Shown here: positions 38,715-52,269 of the stretch, piece by piece
Layout of the letters: each line of letters opens with the position of its first letter
How positions within the stretch are numbered: position 1 is the stretch's first letter
Assembly (NCBI RefSeq): GCF_031769215.1
Contig: NW_026782304.1
Location: forward strand, 248,001-312,000
Direction: 5' to 3'
DNA from: Ylistrum balloti
Lineage: Eukaryota
Length of the DNA stretch: 64,000 nt
Translations under genes and position numbers: made by a program
Notes under the pieces: generated by a model
Seen by the model: only the letters and a program-made list of their open reading frames with translations
What the model was told of the DNA's origin: nothing
Database searches by the model: none

Positions 38715-39633
38715 AAATACCAGAGTTATGAGCTTCCCCAATAACACACAGTATTACAAAATGGAACCTAGTGGTTAGAAATTAACCAAGCCAGCCAAGT
38801 GACTGTGTCACTGTATGCAAAAGTGTGTTTAACTCTAAATCTTGTATTTCACGCATACACAGCAGAATGTGACCAATTTCCCTGGCCTGCGTATAAGGTT
38901 AACATAAAACGATGTAAAACCAATAAAATGCGTGTTTGTGTTAATTTTTGAAATGCTGCAATGATTGTATCTTCTCTGCAATAACCTAAAAAAAATTGTA
39001 ATGTGATTTACTAAAAACTCACTAAAGTGAGAATACAACTTCATTGATTACCTTGGATCTCTTCACACTGCTTGTCAAATAAATCAAATGTATAAGGTGA
39101 TTCTACCTTTAAAATTGAGAGTTTCTTTCTCTTTAATTTCTAATCTTGCACTCTTGGCTCACAAGTTTGAGCATCAGTGAAATCCATGTTAAATGGGAAT
39201 GTTTTAGCCCTTTATCATCAGATGGTGGTCTATTCAATTGCCCTACCTCTGTGGTCAGATGTACATTGTCTTTTCATAAACAATTCTTGTTATTACTATT
39301 TCTTTAGAAATACTGAATGGATCTTCTGAAATCTTGCATGTTGGTTTCCCTTGGTCCTAATTTTGGGACTTATCAGAAAAACAAAGTGGCTGACAGGTGA
39401 CCATCTTGAATTTTGACAGTGAAAGCTATCAGTTTTCTTCAGAGGAATTTTCAAATGTCATGGAATTAAGAGCAAGACCAGAGGAAAGATAGAAAAGATT
39501 CAGCTGTTAGAGGCAAAGAATCCCTCTGGGATCCCATTTCACAGATAGTATCTTTTCTTGATCAAACTTAGCATAATGATAAGAAAACCCTGATGTGATA
39601 TTGTGTTTATATTTCAGAGAAGTGTGAACAACA

Positions 39634-41272
39634 ATGTTGAGCTTCAGCAAGCTATCGCCTGTGATGTATCGCCTGGTGGCTCGTCTTCCCATACAAAATC
39701 GAAGGCATGACAGGGTAAAAATTTCACATTTTAGTGTTATTATGTGATGCCAGGATAAAAACTTAATCAAATCTGTGTTCTTTCTATTAATAATTATTGT
39801 GCAAGAACCCTCACATAGGAGTTTAAAGTTAAGAAACATTTTAAATCTATTTTTGTGAAGAAGGCTTTGAATTGTTAAAGGTGAAAAGAGTAAAAAAAAT
39901 TCCTTGTACAAATGAAAAACTTACTTGATTTGTTTACTTATCCTGGTAAGTATATGGCATTCAATTACAATTTTGTTGAAGGTAACAATTTCATTAACTT
40001 TTCGTTACATTTTCTTCTTGCTTTCAAAGTCTGATCATCAGAGATAGGATTTTGCTGCATGGTGACATATCTTGAAATTGTTTGTTCATTTCTGCATAAA
40101 TTTTTGCATTAAAAAGTAAGTTACAGCCATTATTTAATACTTGAATTGTAACAGGAAAAAAAATGTATAACCATTTAATATTTTACACTCTTGTAAGGCA
40201 CAGGATGGGAAATAATTGTTTTTTTTTATGCTCCCTGAAAATTTTCAGGAGAATAGAGTCACCACCTTGTCCATCCATCTTTTCATCCTTCCTATCTTGT
40301 CCGGAGCTTAACTTTGTCAAGTTATTCAAGTATCATAAAACTTGGTGTAAACATTGGTCATTCATGGCAATGTGCAGTGTACCAAATTCAGGGCCCAAAT
40401 TTGTATTTTCGTAAGTTTTACCCATACTCTTTTTTTTTTTTTTTTTTTTTTTTGTATTTATGTCTTTCTTGTTTTAGGTTTTTGAGTACAGACAATTTTG
40501 TTGGACAAAGCCATCCTCTGAGGTTAGATTGAAATCCAGTGATGCAAACTCCAGTACAAGTCGTCATCAAAGTCATAAAGTAAACCAGCAGTCAAGGCCT
40601 CCAAAAAAAGTTACACTGCATCCAAGTGCACAAAAACTGGAATCAAAACAAAAGCAGAGTCCACGATACATACAGTCATCATTTGACGATACTTATATCG
40701 ATGAATTAAAAAATCTTCACAGAGAGGATAAGGTTCCTGCCAATTACTCTTTGATCTATATAGACAAACTTCAGCGTAGGTCATTATTAATCAACACTGC
40801 ATTAAAAGCTTGCTTGTGCCTTATAGAACTGGTGACATTACAAAGTTTTCATCGACAATGGAATACAATGATCAGTCTAGGTCAAGACCCATTCTCTATC
40901 TCATACCCAATGTCAATGTCCAGTTGGACATTCTTATTGACTGCGGTTTTGTCAGTTATTACCCCATTTGGCATAGCATTAATGCAAACAGATATCAGAA
41001 AACGTGTTCTTCGTATTTATAAGGAGAATGGTGAACAAGACAAATACATTGCTGTTAAACCATACTTGGTTTTCTGGACAAAACAGCAACATTTCACTGG
41101 TTCAGACATTAAATATATGGAGAACTGGGAGAAATCCTTGTATGGGTTACTGTCAGGAAATATCACCATTAAACAAACACGGTGTCGACTTTTACCAGAA
41201 TGTTTCCAGGAACTTAGCGGGTACAATGAGTTTTGTGGATTTGGTCCAAAAAAATTTAAAGAATTAAAGTAA
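39634..41272 (+). CDS. Putative mitochondrial inner-membrane protein A (TMEM70/186/223-like architecture), 291 aa
   Basis: Coding exons 39634-39714 (MLSFSKLSPVMYRLVARLPIQNRRHDR, Arg-rich presequence-like) and 40478-41272, joined by a phase-0 GT-AG intron. Two hydrophobic segments are followed by KRVLRIYKEN. AATAAA at 41530 and 41579. The family assignment is from memory and tentative. Confidence 0.75.
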
Positions 41273-42173
41273 GAAAATTTGATATTGTATCTTGTTTTTA
41301 GCATAAAAAACTGAAACATCAACAGAACTGCATGTTTATACAGAGGGGCAGAACACCATACACCCATCCCATGAAATCCTAGATATATATCCAAAGATTT
41401 ATTGCATTCTGATAAAATTACAAATATGGAAACAGTAATAAGGAGTCACAAGAGGAAAAATAGTGCTGTGTGCTTTGATGGTGAATTACTTTTCAAGAGA
41501 TGGGTGGAAACAAATCTTGATGATCTTGAAATAAACACAAAGAACAATAATTCTGAAATAAATTCTGAAATATGATTAAATAAAAATGCTGTTCATAAAA
41601 ACAATTTTGTGTCATAGTTTTAAAACACATAAATTTGAAAGAAATCTGTTAGAAAACTGACAAGATTTGGATTATAAAAACAGAAAGTATAAATCATAAA
41701 CAACTGATCAAACTGCCTTTCAGGAAAACAACTTCACGTCATGGTGATAAGTCTACTTAGTTTGAGACAAGCCAGTTATAGGTAATATTGTAGTATACAT
41801 GTGTAATTTTGGGTAATGGAAACTTAAGAAGGATACACCCCTAAACCATGTAATCTTGATATTTGCAAACATTCTGACAAAAGAAAGTGACAATACACAA
41901 GGAAATGTCCTGTGCCGAAATGTATTTTAGAAAAATATTTTGTCTACCACTTATGATGCACATCCGAGTGTAAGAAAGGTCTAGTAATCTCACCAGAACG
42001 TTTAGAGGTTTAAAAAAATTAACCTCAAACTGACAGATGGGTTTGACCAGGAGGATAGTGGAGAATGTGTAAGAGGAATGTTCAACCACCATAACAGCTG
42101 ACTTCTATGCCTTGTAATATTGAAGGTAAATACTGGGGCCAAATATTACGTCCGCTGTAGACTGGTTTAGCTA

Positions 42174-43603
42174 ACATAGGGAACTGGATTAGACAGGGGT
42201 TCTGTTCAGACAAGGATGATACTTACACAAGGAAGTGGATTAGACAGGGGTTCTGTTCAGACAAGGATGTTACTTACATAGGGAAGTGGATTAGACAGGG
42301 GTTCTGTTCAGACAAGGATGTTACTTACACAGGGAACTGGATTAGACAGGGGTTCTGTTCAGACAAGGATGTTACTTACACAGGGAAGTGGATTAGACAG
42401 GGGTTCTGTTCAGACAAGGATGTTACTTACAGGGAACTGGATTAGACAGGGGTTCTGTTCAGACAAGGATGTTACTTACACAGGGAAGTGGATTAGACAG
42501 GGGTTCTGTTCAGACAAGGATGTTACTTACACAGGGAAGTGGATTAGACAGGGGTTCTGTTCAGACAAGGATGTTACTTACACAGGGAAGTGGATTAGAC
42601 AGGGGTTCTGTTCAGACAAGGATGTTACTTACACAGGGAAGTGGATTAGACAGGGGTTCTGTTCAGACAAGGATGTTACTTACACAGGGAAGTGGATTAG
42701 ACAGGGGTTCTGTTCAGACAGGGATGTTACTTACAGGGAACTGGATTAGACAGGGGTTCTGTTCAGACAAGGATGTTACTTACACAGGGAAGTGGATTAG
42801 ACAGGGGTTCTGTTCAGACAAGGATGTTACTTACAGGGAAGTGGATTAGACAGGGGTTCTGTTTAGACAAGGATGTTACTTACAGGGAACTGGATTAGAC
42901 AGGGGTTCTATTCAGACAGGGATGTTACTTACAGGGAACTGGATTAGACAGGGGTTCTGTTCAGACAAGGATGTTACTTACACAGGGAAGTGGATTAGAC
43001 AGGGGTTCTGTTCAGACAAGGATGTTACTTACACAGGGAAGTGGATTAGACAGGGGTTCTGTTCAGACAAGGATGTTACTTACACAGGGAAGTGGATTAG
43101 ACAGGGGTTCTGTTCAGACAAGAATGTTACTTACACAGGGAAGTGGATTAGACAGGGGTTCTGTTCAGAGAGGGATGTTACTAACACAGGAAACTGGATA
43201 AGACAGGCGTTCTGTTCAGACAAGGATGTTACTTACAGGGAAGTGGATTAGACGGGTTCTGTTTAGACAAGGATGATACTTACATAGGGAAGTGGATTAG
43301 ACGGGTTCTGTTTAGACAAGGATGATACTTACACAGGGAAGTGGATTAGACGGGTTCTGTTTAGACAGGGATGATACTTACATAGGGAAGTGGATTAGAC
43401 GGGTTCTGTTTAGACAAGGATGATACTTACACAGGGAAGTGGATTAGACGGGTTCTGTTTAGACAAGGATGATACTTACACAGGGAAGTGGATTAGACAG
43501 GGGTTCTGTTCAGACAAGGATGATACTTACACAGGGAAGTGGATTAGACGGGTTCTGTTTAGACAGGGATGATACTTACATAGGGAAGTGGATTAGACAG
43601 GGG
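42174..43603. repeat. 51-bp minisatellite (48-51-bp variants), about 28 copies
   Basis: Unit acacagggaagtggattagacaggggttctgttcagacaaggatgttactt, decaying to ~43830. It explains the 17-aa periodic ORFs. Confidence 0.95.
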
Positions 43604-44329
43604 TCAAATCAGACGATGCAAGGATTCTACTCAAAAAAAGAACTGGATTAGTGAGATTCTGATCAGTCAGGGATTCTACTTAAACAAGGAAATGGCTTAT
43701 TAAAGTTTCTGAACACAAGGATTTTACATAAACAGGTAACCAGAGTTCTGATCAGGCAAGGGTTCTTGTACAGTGAACTGGATTAGTGAGGGTTCTGATC
43801 TGACAATGATTTAATTACCCTGGGTTCCAGATTAGATGGTCAGATTTAGGCAGGATATGCAGAAATTGAACCAAACATATAGAAAGCTTATGTAGTTCAG
43901 GAGTCCACATAAAATGATGAGATTAAATGAAACAGAAGATAAACTCTCCATAGTTTTCTGTCAGATATCTTGGATAATACTGAAAGCAAATGAATATGTG
44001 CACAAGTGGATTCCAATTAAAGTCTTCCATATCAAAATCTGTTTCCCAGAGTATAAGGGAAATAAAAGAGGTAAGCCCTCTGTCCCACAGAGCCATTTAG
44101 GGGAAATAGGACAAATTCTTTTTAAACCTGTCTTCTGTGGAAACACCAGAGGTTTGTCCCTACTGGATCTGAAGCAGGCTTAGGTGGAAAAAAAAATCAA
44201 TTTTTTATAATCATTTGGTCTGGGGCTGGAGTGGCAGGACCCTAATAGGGGAGATAAGCAAATACTTTGAAATTCTTCTTCTTCTATTATAATGCTAAAA
44301 TTCTCTCCCAATTTTGTCTGTAACACCCC

Positions 44330-45575
44330 TTCATTCATAATTCAAACCAAGTCTGAAATATTTCCAATGGAAATTAAACAAATTATGCTCAAAAATCTAG
44401 TTTTCTTATAAAAACTATAGTAAATTTTACCCCCTAACCTCGGGGAAATGTGAGACCATGGGGCCATGAAATTCACATAAGATGCTTCCATTCATGAAGA
44501 GTATTTGGTTCTACCATATCTGAGTCTTGAGAAGAAGATTTTTGAAGTTCAAGTCAATTTGACCCCTTTTGACCCAACCCCTCAGGCCCTTGGCACTGTA
44601 TTATTCACAATTTTGGGTCATCTAAAGCCAGGGAAGGTCTCTGCAAAATTTCATTGAAATTGGATCAGGGTTTTTTTTGAGATGGCTCCCACCATCGTTT
44701 GATCTTTGTTCTTTTAAAGTGGGAACTGTTCCCCTTCTCTCCTTTGATTTTGCTCCTATAATTATACAGATTTTGAACATTCTTATGAAGAAATAACAAT
44801 AATATTCTTCCACTACCGAATCTATTATTGTTGCTTGTCAGCCATTTGATTTTTTCTAATCAGTCCCAAACTCACACAGGCACAACTTGGGATCAACGGT
44901 ACCTACATATGAAATTTGAGAGATCCATTCTGTACTTCAAGAAATAGCAATAACAAACTTCCATAAGTTGAAATCCACGATTACCCCCTGTCTGCCATTT
45001 TATTTTTCCGATCAGTTCCAAACTCAAACAGGCACAACCAAGGTGAACCCTTCATTTGAAATAGAAGATCCATCCAGTACTTCTCAAGAAATTTATAAAA
45101 AAAATAGTTGTGTACAGAGTAAGGGCAATTTGAATAGCACATCTGATGATCATGGGCATGCACCCACCATTGTTGGATCTTTCCCTTCTGTTCTCTTCTC
45201 TCCTCTGTTGTTGCTCATATTGATAAGAAATTTGAACATTCATCTGAAGAAATAACTGCCAAATCCAAAATCAGTCCAAAAATCAAAACAGCACAACTAG
45301 TTACCAACATCTACATATAGAATTTTAAAAGGGTTCCTCCAGTACTTACCAAGAAATAGCAATAACAATTTTTTTATTGTCAAAATCCAAGATGGCCACC
45401 TGTCAGCCATTTGTTTTTCCTTATCAGTCCCCAAATTAAATGGGCACTACTAACTACCAAGGGGAACATCCACATGAAATTTCAAGAAAATAGCGATAAA
45501 TTGTTTATTGATAGACGGACCACAGACATTGGGCAATTTGCACAGCCCACCACCTGATGATGACCTAAAAATATA
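44330..45575. mobile_element. Composite of fragments from two Helentron-like families
   Basis: 44330-44640 matches the 1811-type element. ~44690-45575 matches the 156-bp-satellite family in reverse orientation, ending gacctaaaaa. Confidence 0.55.
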
Positions 45576-45663
45576 GCCTTTACCATAATTACATTCTAAG
45601 GTAAAAAATAATAAAAAAACAAAAAAAACACAAAAAAGAAACAGTTTTAATCATTCTTATTTG

Positions 45664-48433
45664 TTACTGTTTGTTCCCAAGGATTTGTGACAGGAATTTC
45701 TTGGAATCCATGATAAAGTTCTCTGGTTTTAGGTGATGTTTCTGCCACCAATCTATCTTGAAATGCTCTGGATATCTCTCCGGATGTAACTTCTTGATGT
45801 CTGATTGTGAAAATACTTTCTGTTTTGTAGACATAAACTTGTATGGTTTGATCATAACATACTTCTTGTTTAAGCCATGGTTTTCTCTGTAAAGTCGTAA
45901 TATACACTCCATGTAGGCTCTGCGGATTTTCATAAAACGCCAAATCCCATACATATACAGAATAAAGGAAACGACAACAATATATTGTATGTGTTGTGGT
46001 ACTACTTGATGGTCAACCACACAAACAAAAGCCATATTCCCCATCATCCAACAAATACAGATTCTAGCTAATACACTAGTCACAGCAAAGCGTTTCTGTC
46101 TATAGTGTTCCGTTTGTGACACATTGTTATATATCAGAGTATACTGTATTGGATCTAAACCATCTAACTTGTATAGAGGAAGATGTCCACTTGTCTGTTT
46201 ATGATATATATCATCAATTAGAGAATGTGAACTTTTCACTTTGGATTGAAATTCTTCCTGATTCCAATGCTTCACGTTAGTTCTTTTGTGATAAAGATCC
46301 TGTGATTCCCTCAAAGTTTTATTTTGACTAACAGATCTGTTTTGCTGAGCAGCTTCCCTCTTTGTTTTCATGTGAAATCCACAATAGGAAGTGTACAAAC
46401 ATGAAGCTGGAAAGTAACTCTGAAATAAAATGTTATATTTCTGATAAACTTTGCAAAAATTGTTTCAAGTTTTGAACATATTAAAGTTAAGATCAGCTGT
46501 TTGTTAAAACAGAAATGTTTAGCTGCATTTAACTGGAGTTAAAATTTGAAATCTTTAATAGAATAACTGTGAAACTTTAAAGAATCACTGCAATTACATG
46601 TAAAAGACAATTAACCCACCTATAATATCAACCTAGAAACTTGTACAAAAAGAAACTTGGGTCAAACTATTCCATCATCACTTCTTGAACAATATAACTC
46701 TTGGTCCAAAAAACTCAATATATGATCCCCATCATAAAGACAACTAAATAGAACAAATATGATAATTGTGTGACTCCTAGCTGCATGGTTTGGCAAAAGA
46801 TATCTATGGTTAACCTGTCATTATGAATGTTAACATCTGACACTTATGTTATCACTTAATCATTGAGTGTAATACACTACAAAATCATATAAATGTATTT
46901 TAGTAGGGCCTAAGTTTTGTCATTTTTGAAAAAAATCACTCTTTTTGTTGACACTTGTTACTGTGGCTAAATATAGCGCAATTAATTTCCTTATTAGAAA
47001 ATTGTAACAGTTTGTAGACAAATAAATCTGAGGATTAAGAATACCTACAAAATCACAGGAGCCTGTAACAATGTTTCTGGGGGATAAGGAAGTGTATTGT
47101 ACAGTAAAATTCACTTGTGTCAAACACACATGAATCGAATACATCAGATGAGTCAAATGTTTCGTTCGGTCCCGATTTTTTCTCCTCTTTATCTTAGTAA
47201 ATTAAACATGGATGAATTGAACACTGTTGAATCGAATACTTTGGTTGTGTCAAATATATTTTGTGGTCTGTCCCTTCTAAATCGTACAAAAAATTCCATG
47301 TTTGTGTCGAACATTCAGACACCACGTTGTCTCAGGTAAATTTTCCTGGTCGGTAACGAGTGTGATCGGTCAGCTGTAAGGGTGTCAACAGGCCGACATG
47401 CACAATGTAATTTCACAGTATCAATCCACCTAATCCTTTTGTTTATACAGGTGCACAGGTAATTATCTCATTTAACCAAGAACTATGCGATCAAACAGCT
47501 TTTGAAATAAAACATCTCATGTTTACTTTTTGCCCATGAGTTGTTGTTTTATTTGAGTGAAAATGTCAATATTTGAGTGGAAGTGTCAAAAGGGGCTATA
47601 AATTTGGGTGAAAATTCGGGATTTGTCATTTATTCCACACTCTCAATCAATAGTTTAGACTTTGATGGAGAATATTTGTCTCAATGATCCAAATACTATA
47701 AATGTGAGTACAATATGTGTACATGTATATTTTTAAGTATTGTTTTCACGAAGTACCCAGTGTAACGTGTGTCTTTTGTTCAATCTTGTATGCATTATCC
47801 ACGTGCTTGTGACAATGATGATCACAGTAACTGTCATTAACCTACGATTTATTTGTATTTTGATAAAAAATAATTGTTTTTATAAAATAGAGATGTTGTC
47901 TTGTTCTTTTCATTAATACCTTGCTATCAGACATGATCGACTAAAATAGGGTCAGTTTAAATATACGATGTCTCGATTACAGGCGATAGACAAAAACACA
48001 GTTGAGTCAAACCATCGGATTTTAAAAATATTTTTCTGGACTCGACTGGGAAAAAAATTCTACCATAATTACTGTATATATTGATTATAATTGCTATTTG
48101 AATTATTGTAGTTTCGCCAATGCAATTAACATTTTTGCCAAATGTAAAATATTTCAGCATGAACAGAAAACTTAACAGCCATTTTTCTAATGTTTTACCT
48201 TTACTACCTACCAAAATTTTAAATTTCAGTCGGGTTAATAACAGATGCAGCTGGCCTACTTGTATCTCAGAAATATAGATTTTCTCAAACTTTGACAAAA
48301 ACATCATAAGTAGTCAGTAAACGCCTCTTTGATTAGATTCCACTTATGTGGGTCATAATACCTGGGTCTGTGCTTGGCTCGAAAAGATGAGACATTTCTC
48401 AGAGACGCCCAAACGTTGAAGGCACCTGAGCAT
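45664..48433 (-). CDS. Putative mitochondrial inner-membrane protein B, paralogue of protein A, 275 aa
   Basis: Coding exons 48433-48362 (MLRCLQRLGVSEKCLIFSSQAQTQ, donor cag|gtatta) and 46419-45664 (acceptor ttatttcag|agt), with a phase-0 intron. Shares Y-x-LIY and LRLYRENHGLNKKYVMIKPYKFMSTKQKVFSQSDIK with protein A. Confidence 0.72.
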
Positions 48434-48959
48434 CTTTTTTCCCAAATCTGGTATGATGATAAATCAAACTATTCTCGTCTTGTAACAGTCACATCACTAT
48501 TTCTGAAAACAAAAAGGACAAAAGTATTTTTAAATAAATACGATCACTAAAGGCTAGGTAAACACCTGTATATTAGCACGAGGAGTCTTATTGTGGGAGA
48601 AAACCAGAGTACGTAGGGAAACCCACTTACGCGTATTGCAATAAGTATAGACAGGTTACATCATGTTAAGACATGTAACGGGCGTTACTGTATCCTTACC
48701 ATGTATCATATCTCAACAGCACCCTAGCTAACAGCAAGCGCAGGCTGACATGTGAGTAACCTTGGTTCGAAAACCGGAAATCCACCAATTTCAACTAAAG
48801 GTGCGTTCGTTTCTAAAGACATTTAGTTTTAACCACATCGATTCACGCCCTCGGCTTCTTTGACTTCATGAGCAGAAATCAATCTTGAATATGACATTTG
48901 TTACTGCTAAAATAGCGACACTAGCCGAATTTCACAGCTGCTCAAGAAACTTATGTAAT

Positions 48960-49610
48960 TTGTAATGATTGAATGACACGCAAATTCGCGAAGCTTTTAA
49001 CGAAAAAAGTATAGGCATACTGAACAAACCGAGTGAGAAAGTCAACTTAGTGAATTCCATGTTTGCAATTCTTAGAGGAATAATCAACTTCATGGATGAA
49101 AAAATCATTTTTGCCATTGTTGACATCATTAGTGCGCACTCATCTCGATTTTGCCAGCTCTTTCTGATATAGAACTAATACCGAAATTGAAAAGGTGTCG
49201 GGAGTTTGGAGAAGGGCTAAGTTGTACATATGTACAAAACAAATTCCATGGACGAAGGATAACACGATGAAAGACTGAAGAAGTTAGGGTTACCCACACT
49301 AGCTTACCGCCGCTTCAAAAGGGATATGATTAAAACTTATATACCACAAAGACAGTAATAATATCTTCAAACCTTGGAACAATGTCACAAGAAACAGCTC
49401 AAGAGGAAAACTCCACATAAAATATTTTCACAGAAGTCAAAAACAAGCATAAGACACAACTTTTTCTCTTTGAGAGTGTGGAGAATATGGAATCATCGTC
49501 GAGAAAATGTAGTCACGGCACCTGTAAAATACCGTTGTTTTCAAGAGCAAACTTGACATGGAAAAAAATTAACAGTTGCTTTAAAACTATAGAGCAAAAC
49601 CTCGAAACAG
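48960..49610 (+). mobile_element. Degenerate CR1-clade LINE, 3' end of ORF2
   Basis: Fragments across frames: SLVRTHLDFA, ERLKKLGLPTLAYRRFKRDMIKTY and KIFSQKSKTSIRHNFFSLRVWRIWN, typical of the CR1 C-terminus. Confidence 0.75.
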
Positions 49611-52269
49611 TGTCATCAGGAAGTGACAAACCTACCTTGAAAATAAAGTATCGAGTTCGGAGAAGAGGAACAATAGTTGCTGTACTGGAAACTACCAATA
49701 AGTAGCTATAAGTAACTATAGTATATCATGGCACATGTGTAGTACATGTGCTGTGACATCAAAATCTAATTTACCGGAGTCCGCCCTGTCGACGTAGAAG
49801 ATTTTCTTTTACGATCCTCATTAAACACCAAAAAGCCGCGAAATTTGAGGTGAGGGAAGATACGCTATATCAAAAGCTGAATAAACTGTCAACGAGAAAT
49901 CCCGTTATCTCGACTCAGAATCTGGTATCAAAGCCACAGACGGCTTGATAACATATCAAGGAAACGCTGTCCGTTACTAGTTCGGTTCCGGATTATGATG
50001 AGTGAGAATTTACTCGGGACTTGTAAAAATTAACGGTCCTTCTTAGGGCCACAAATCACACTAAGATATCTAGAAATCGCGTCGAGATAATCTCCTCAAC
50101 CTGCATCTCCTCACCCGATCCCAACCTCCATTCCACCCCCAATCATGTTTTATACTAACAATTTACTGAAGGAAAAACATTTGGTTTTTTGAGTATGGTT
50201 TGTGACAGACATTTTCTTCACAATGCAAGACTTCTTGTCCTGTAAACTGATTAGTTTAGGTGACTAAAGCTACAGCTAAGTTGTATTTATGTACTCATTT
50301 TTCAGCTACACGAGTAAACAGCTATGAGTAATAGCATTTTATAGGATCTTATGATTTCAGTATTTTTTCTCTTTATTGGAGTGAAAAAAAAATTGTATAA
50401 ATTCTACTTCACAAAAAAATGCATTTTTTTTGCGTAATAATATGCTAGAATTCTGCATTACATAGTTCTAAGATATTAAAATACTATAGTCGATTTAATA
50501 TAAAAAAAAACAATAAAAGATTGATAAAGGAATTAATATAAACATACAAAAAAAAGTTTAAACTAAAGGAAGAAGTGGTGAGAATATACAATGTACATAT
50601 CAGTGAAAAAATTCTCACTGATTACCTTATATTGAAAAATTCAGGAGATTAACGCATTGCTTTGTGATCAAACGTTATAGCTCGGTATATACAGTCAAAA
50701 CTCAAATCTTGACTGAATTATTCGAGATGTTTGCGTGTCTCAAGTTGAACCAAAACTGTCCGTCCCCGAGATTTGAAGTTTCAAATGGTGACACGGTTCA
50801 CATGTATTTGACGCTCTAATAAATCATCATTCAAACCAAATTATTTAAATTTTCTGCATTATGGGGTCAGTACACTTCAACGTCAAGATTTTTTACATTT
50901 CTTTCGATCACTTTGTTTTTTAAACCTCAAACGTTTGGCCTTTGTCATCGCTAACGAGTCATAGAAGGACGAAACAATATGTATGGCGCAGTTTCATTTA
51001 TTATTTACCACTACTGTAACATATAGATCTTACTTTGTATTAAAAGGTACAATTTACTAGAGACTGGCAGTGTGCCCGTCTATTCTCCATTTCAATAAAC
51101 AACACAAAAACAAATGTATTTTCTCAGCAGTGACAAAAGCACCTACAGGGCAAATTCCGTCAAAACACAAGTCTCCGTCAAAACACGAGTCTTGACGGAC
51201 TTATCCGAGATTTTCCTATTGATAGTTTACCTTTCTGTTATACCTGGAGTTAATTGACAGATTAGGCCAGGTGAGCAGTAACTTGATAGTATCGTATATC
51301 AGAATCCGGACTAGCGGGAACAAGGTCATAACGCTATCCTATTACCGCCCCATACATCTAGTCAGTAGCGCCAGTTAATGAATCGAACACACTCCCAATG
51401 GCGACATAAAGACAGCGGTAAAATGAGCCGTTTGATAACAAATAGTATACACAATTAAAAAAATACACAATGTGTCACGTTTTGGTCAAATAAGCAACTC
51501 ATGCATAAAAGTAAATTAAAATTGACTAGTTAATATAAAAAAAACACGAACGTCTTCATGCAGGTATGAAAGAGGTGGACCTTTCTGTAACTGAACACAA
51601 GTTAATTCCGCACACGCGTTAATACTCTGTCATAGATATTGTGTTTTGATATATAACTTTTGTCGAGATTCAGAAAAGTACACTTTAATATGAATTCATG
51701 CTTAAAATGTTGCGTATGAATGATAGGGTTCACTTAGCAAGGACTCGCCGTATACTACAAGACAACGGTGTGGACATGTCACAACCATGAGCCAGATTTG
51801 TAAGTGGCAGCGTTAAGTTTACCTCGTAAGGTGAGTTATGTTGAATCTACTCCTACTAACTTTAAATCGTTTTCCAGAATTTGAATCAGGGATCAAGTGT
51901 TGGAGGGTTAAGTTTAGATGGAATTTGATTGGCAGATATTAAAACTCCCAAACCCCTTTTCCGCCGTCAGTATGCAACTCGGCTCATAATTTCTGATTCT
52001 GACGCCAACGCATGCCAAATGGGCAGATGAAGGTAACTTTTTTTTTATCAAAAATGGATAGCATTAAAATTTGTTATTATTATTGTATACATATCATATC
52101 GAGTCTTGTCTAATTGCTTTTGATTAAGCAGTACATGTTAAGTTATTGTGGTGTTTCCTCTCACCAGAATTGTATTCATTCAAACAGATTTATTTAAGTT
52201 TGAATTTAAGAATGGGTACAAATATTAGTGAAAATGTATCATATATATAGTTCAGTTTGTTGTCAGCAA

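Noticed and set aside
16113-43603. Regular short-unit arrays as possible CRISPR arrays
   Set aside because: The units are head-to-tail with no unique spacers, there are no cas genes, and the context is a spliced eukaryotic genome.
42318-43651. Repetitive ORFs (MLLTQGSGLDRGSVQTR etc.)
   Set aside because: They are a consequence of a 51-bp unit divisible by three. There is no unique coding sequence or splice context. The same applies to ORFs at 16131-17328, 22564-23017 and 30338-30677.
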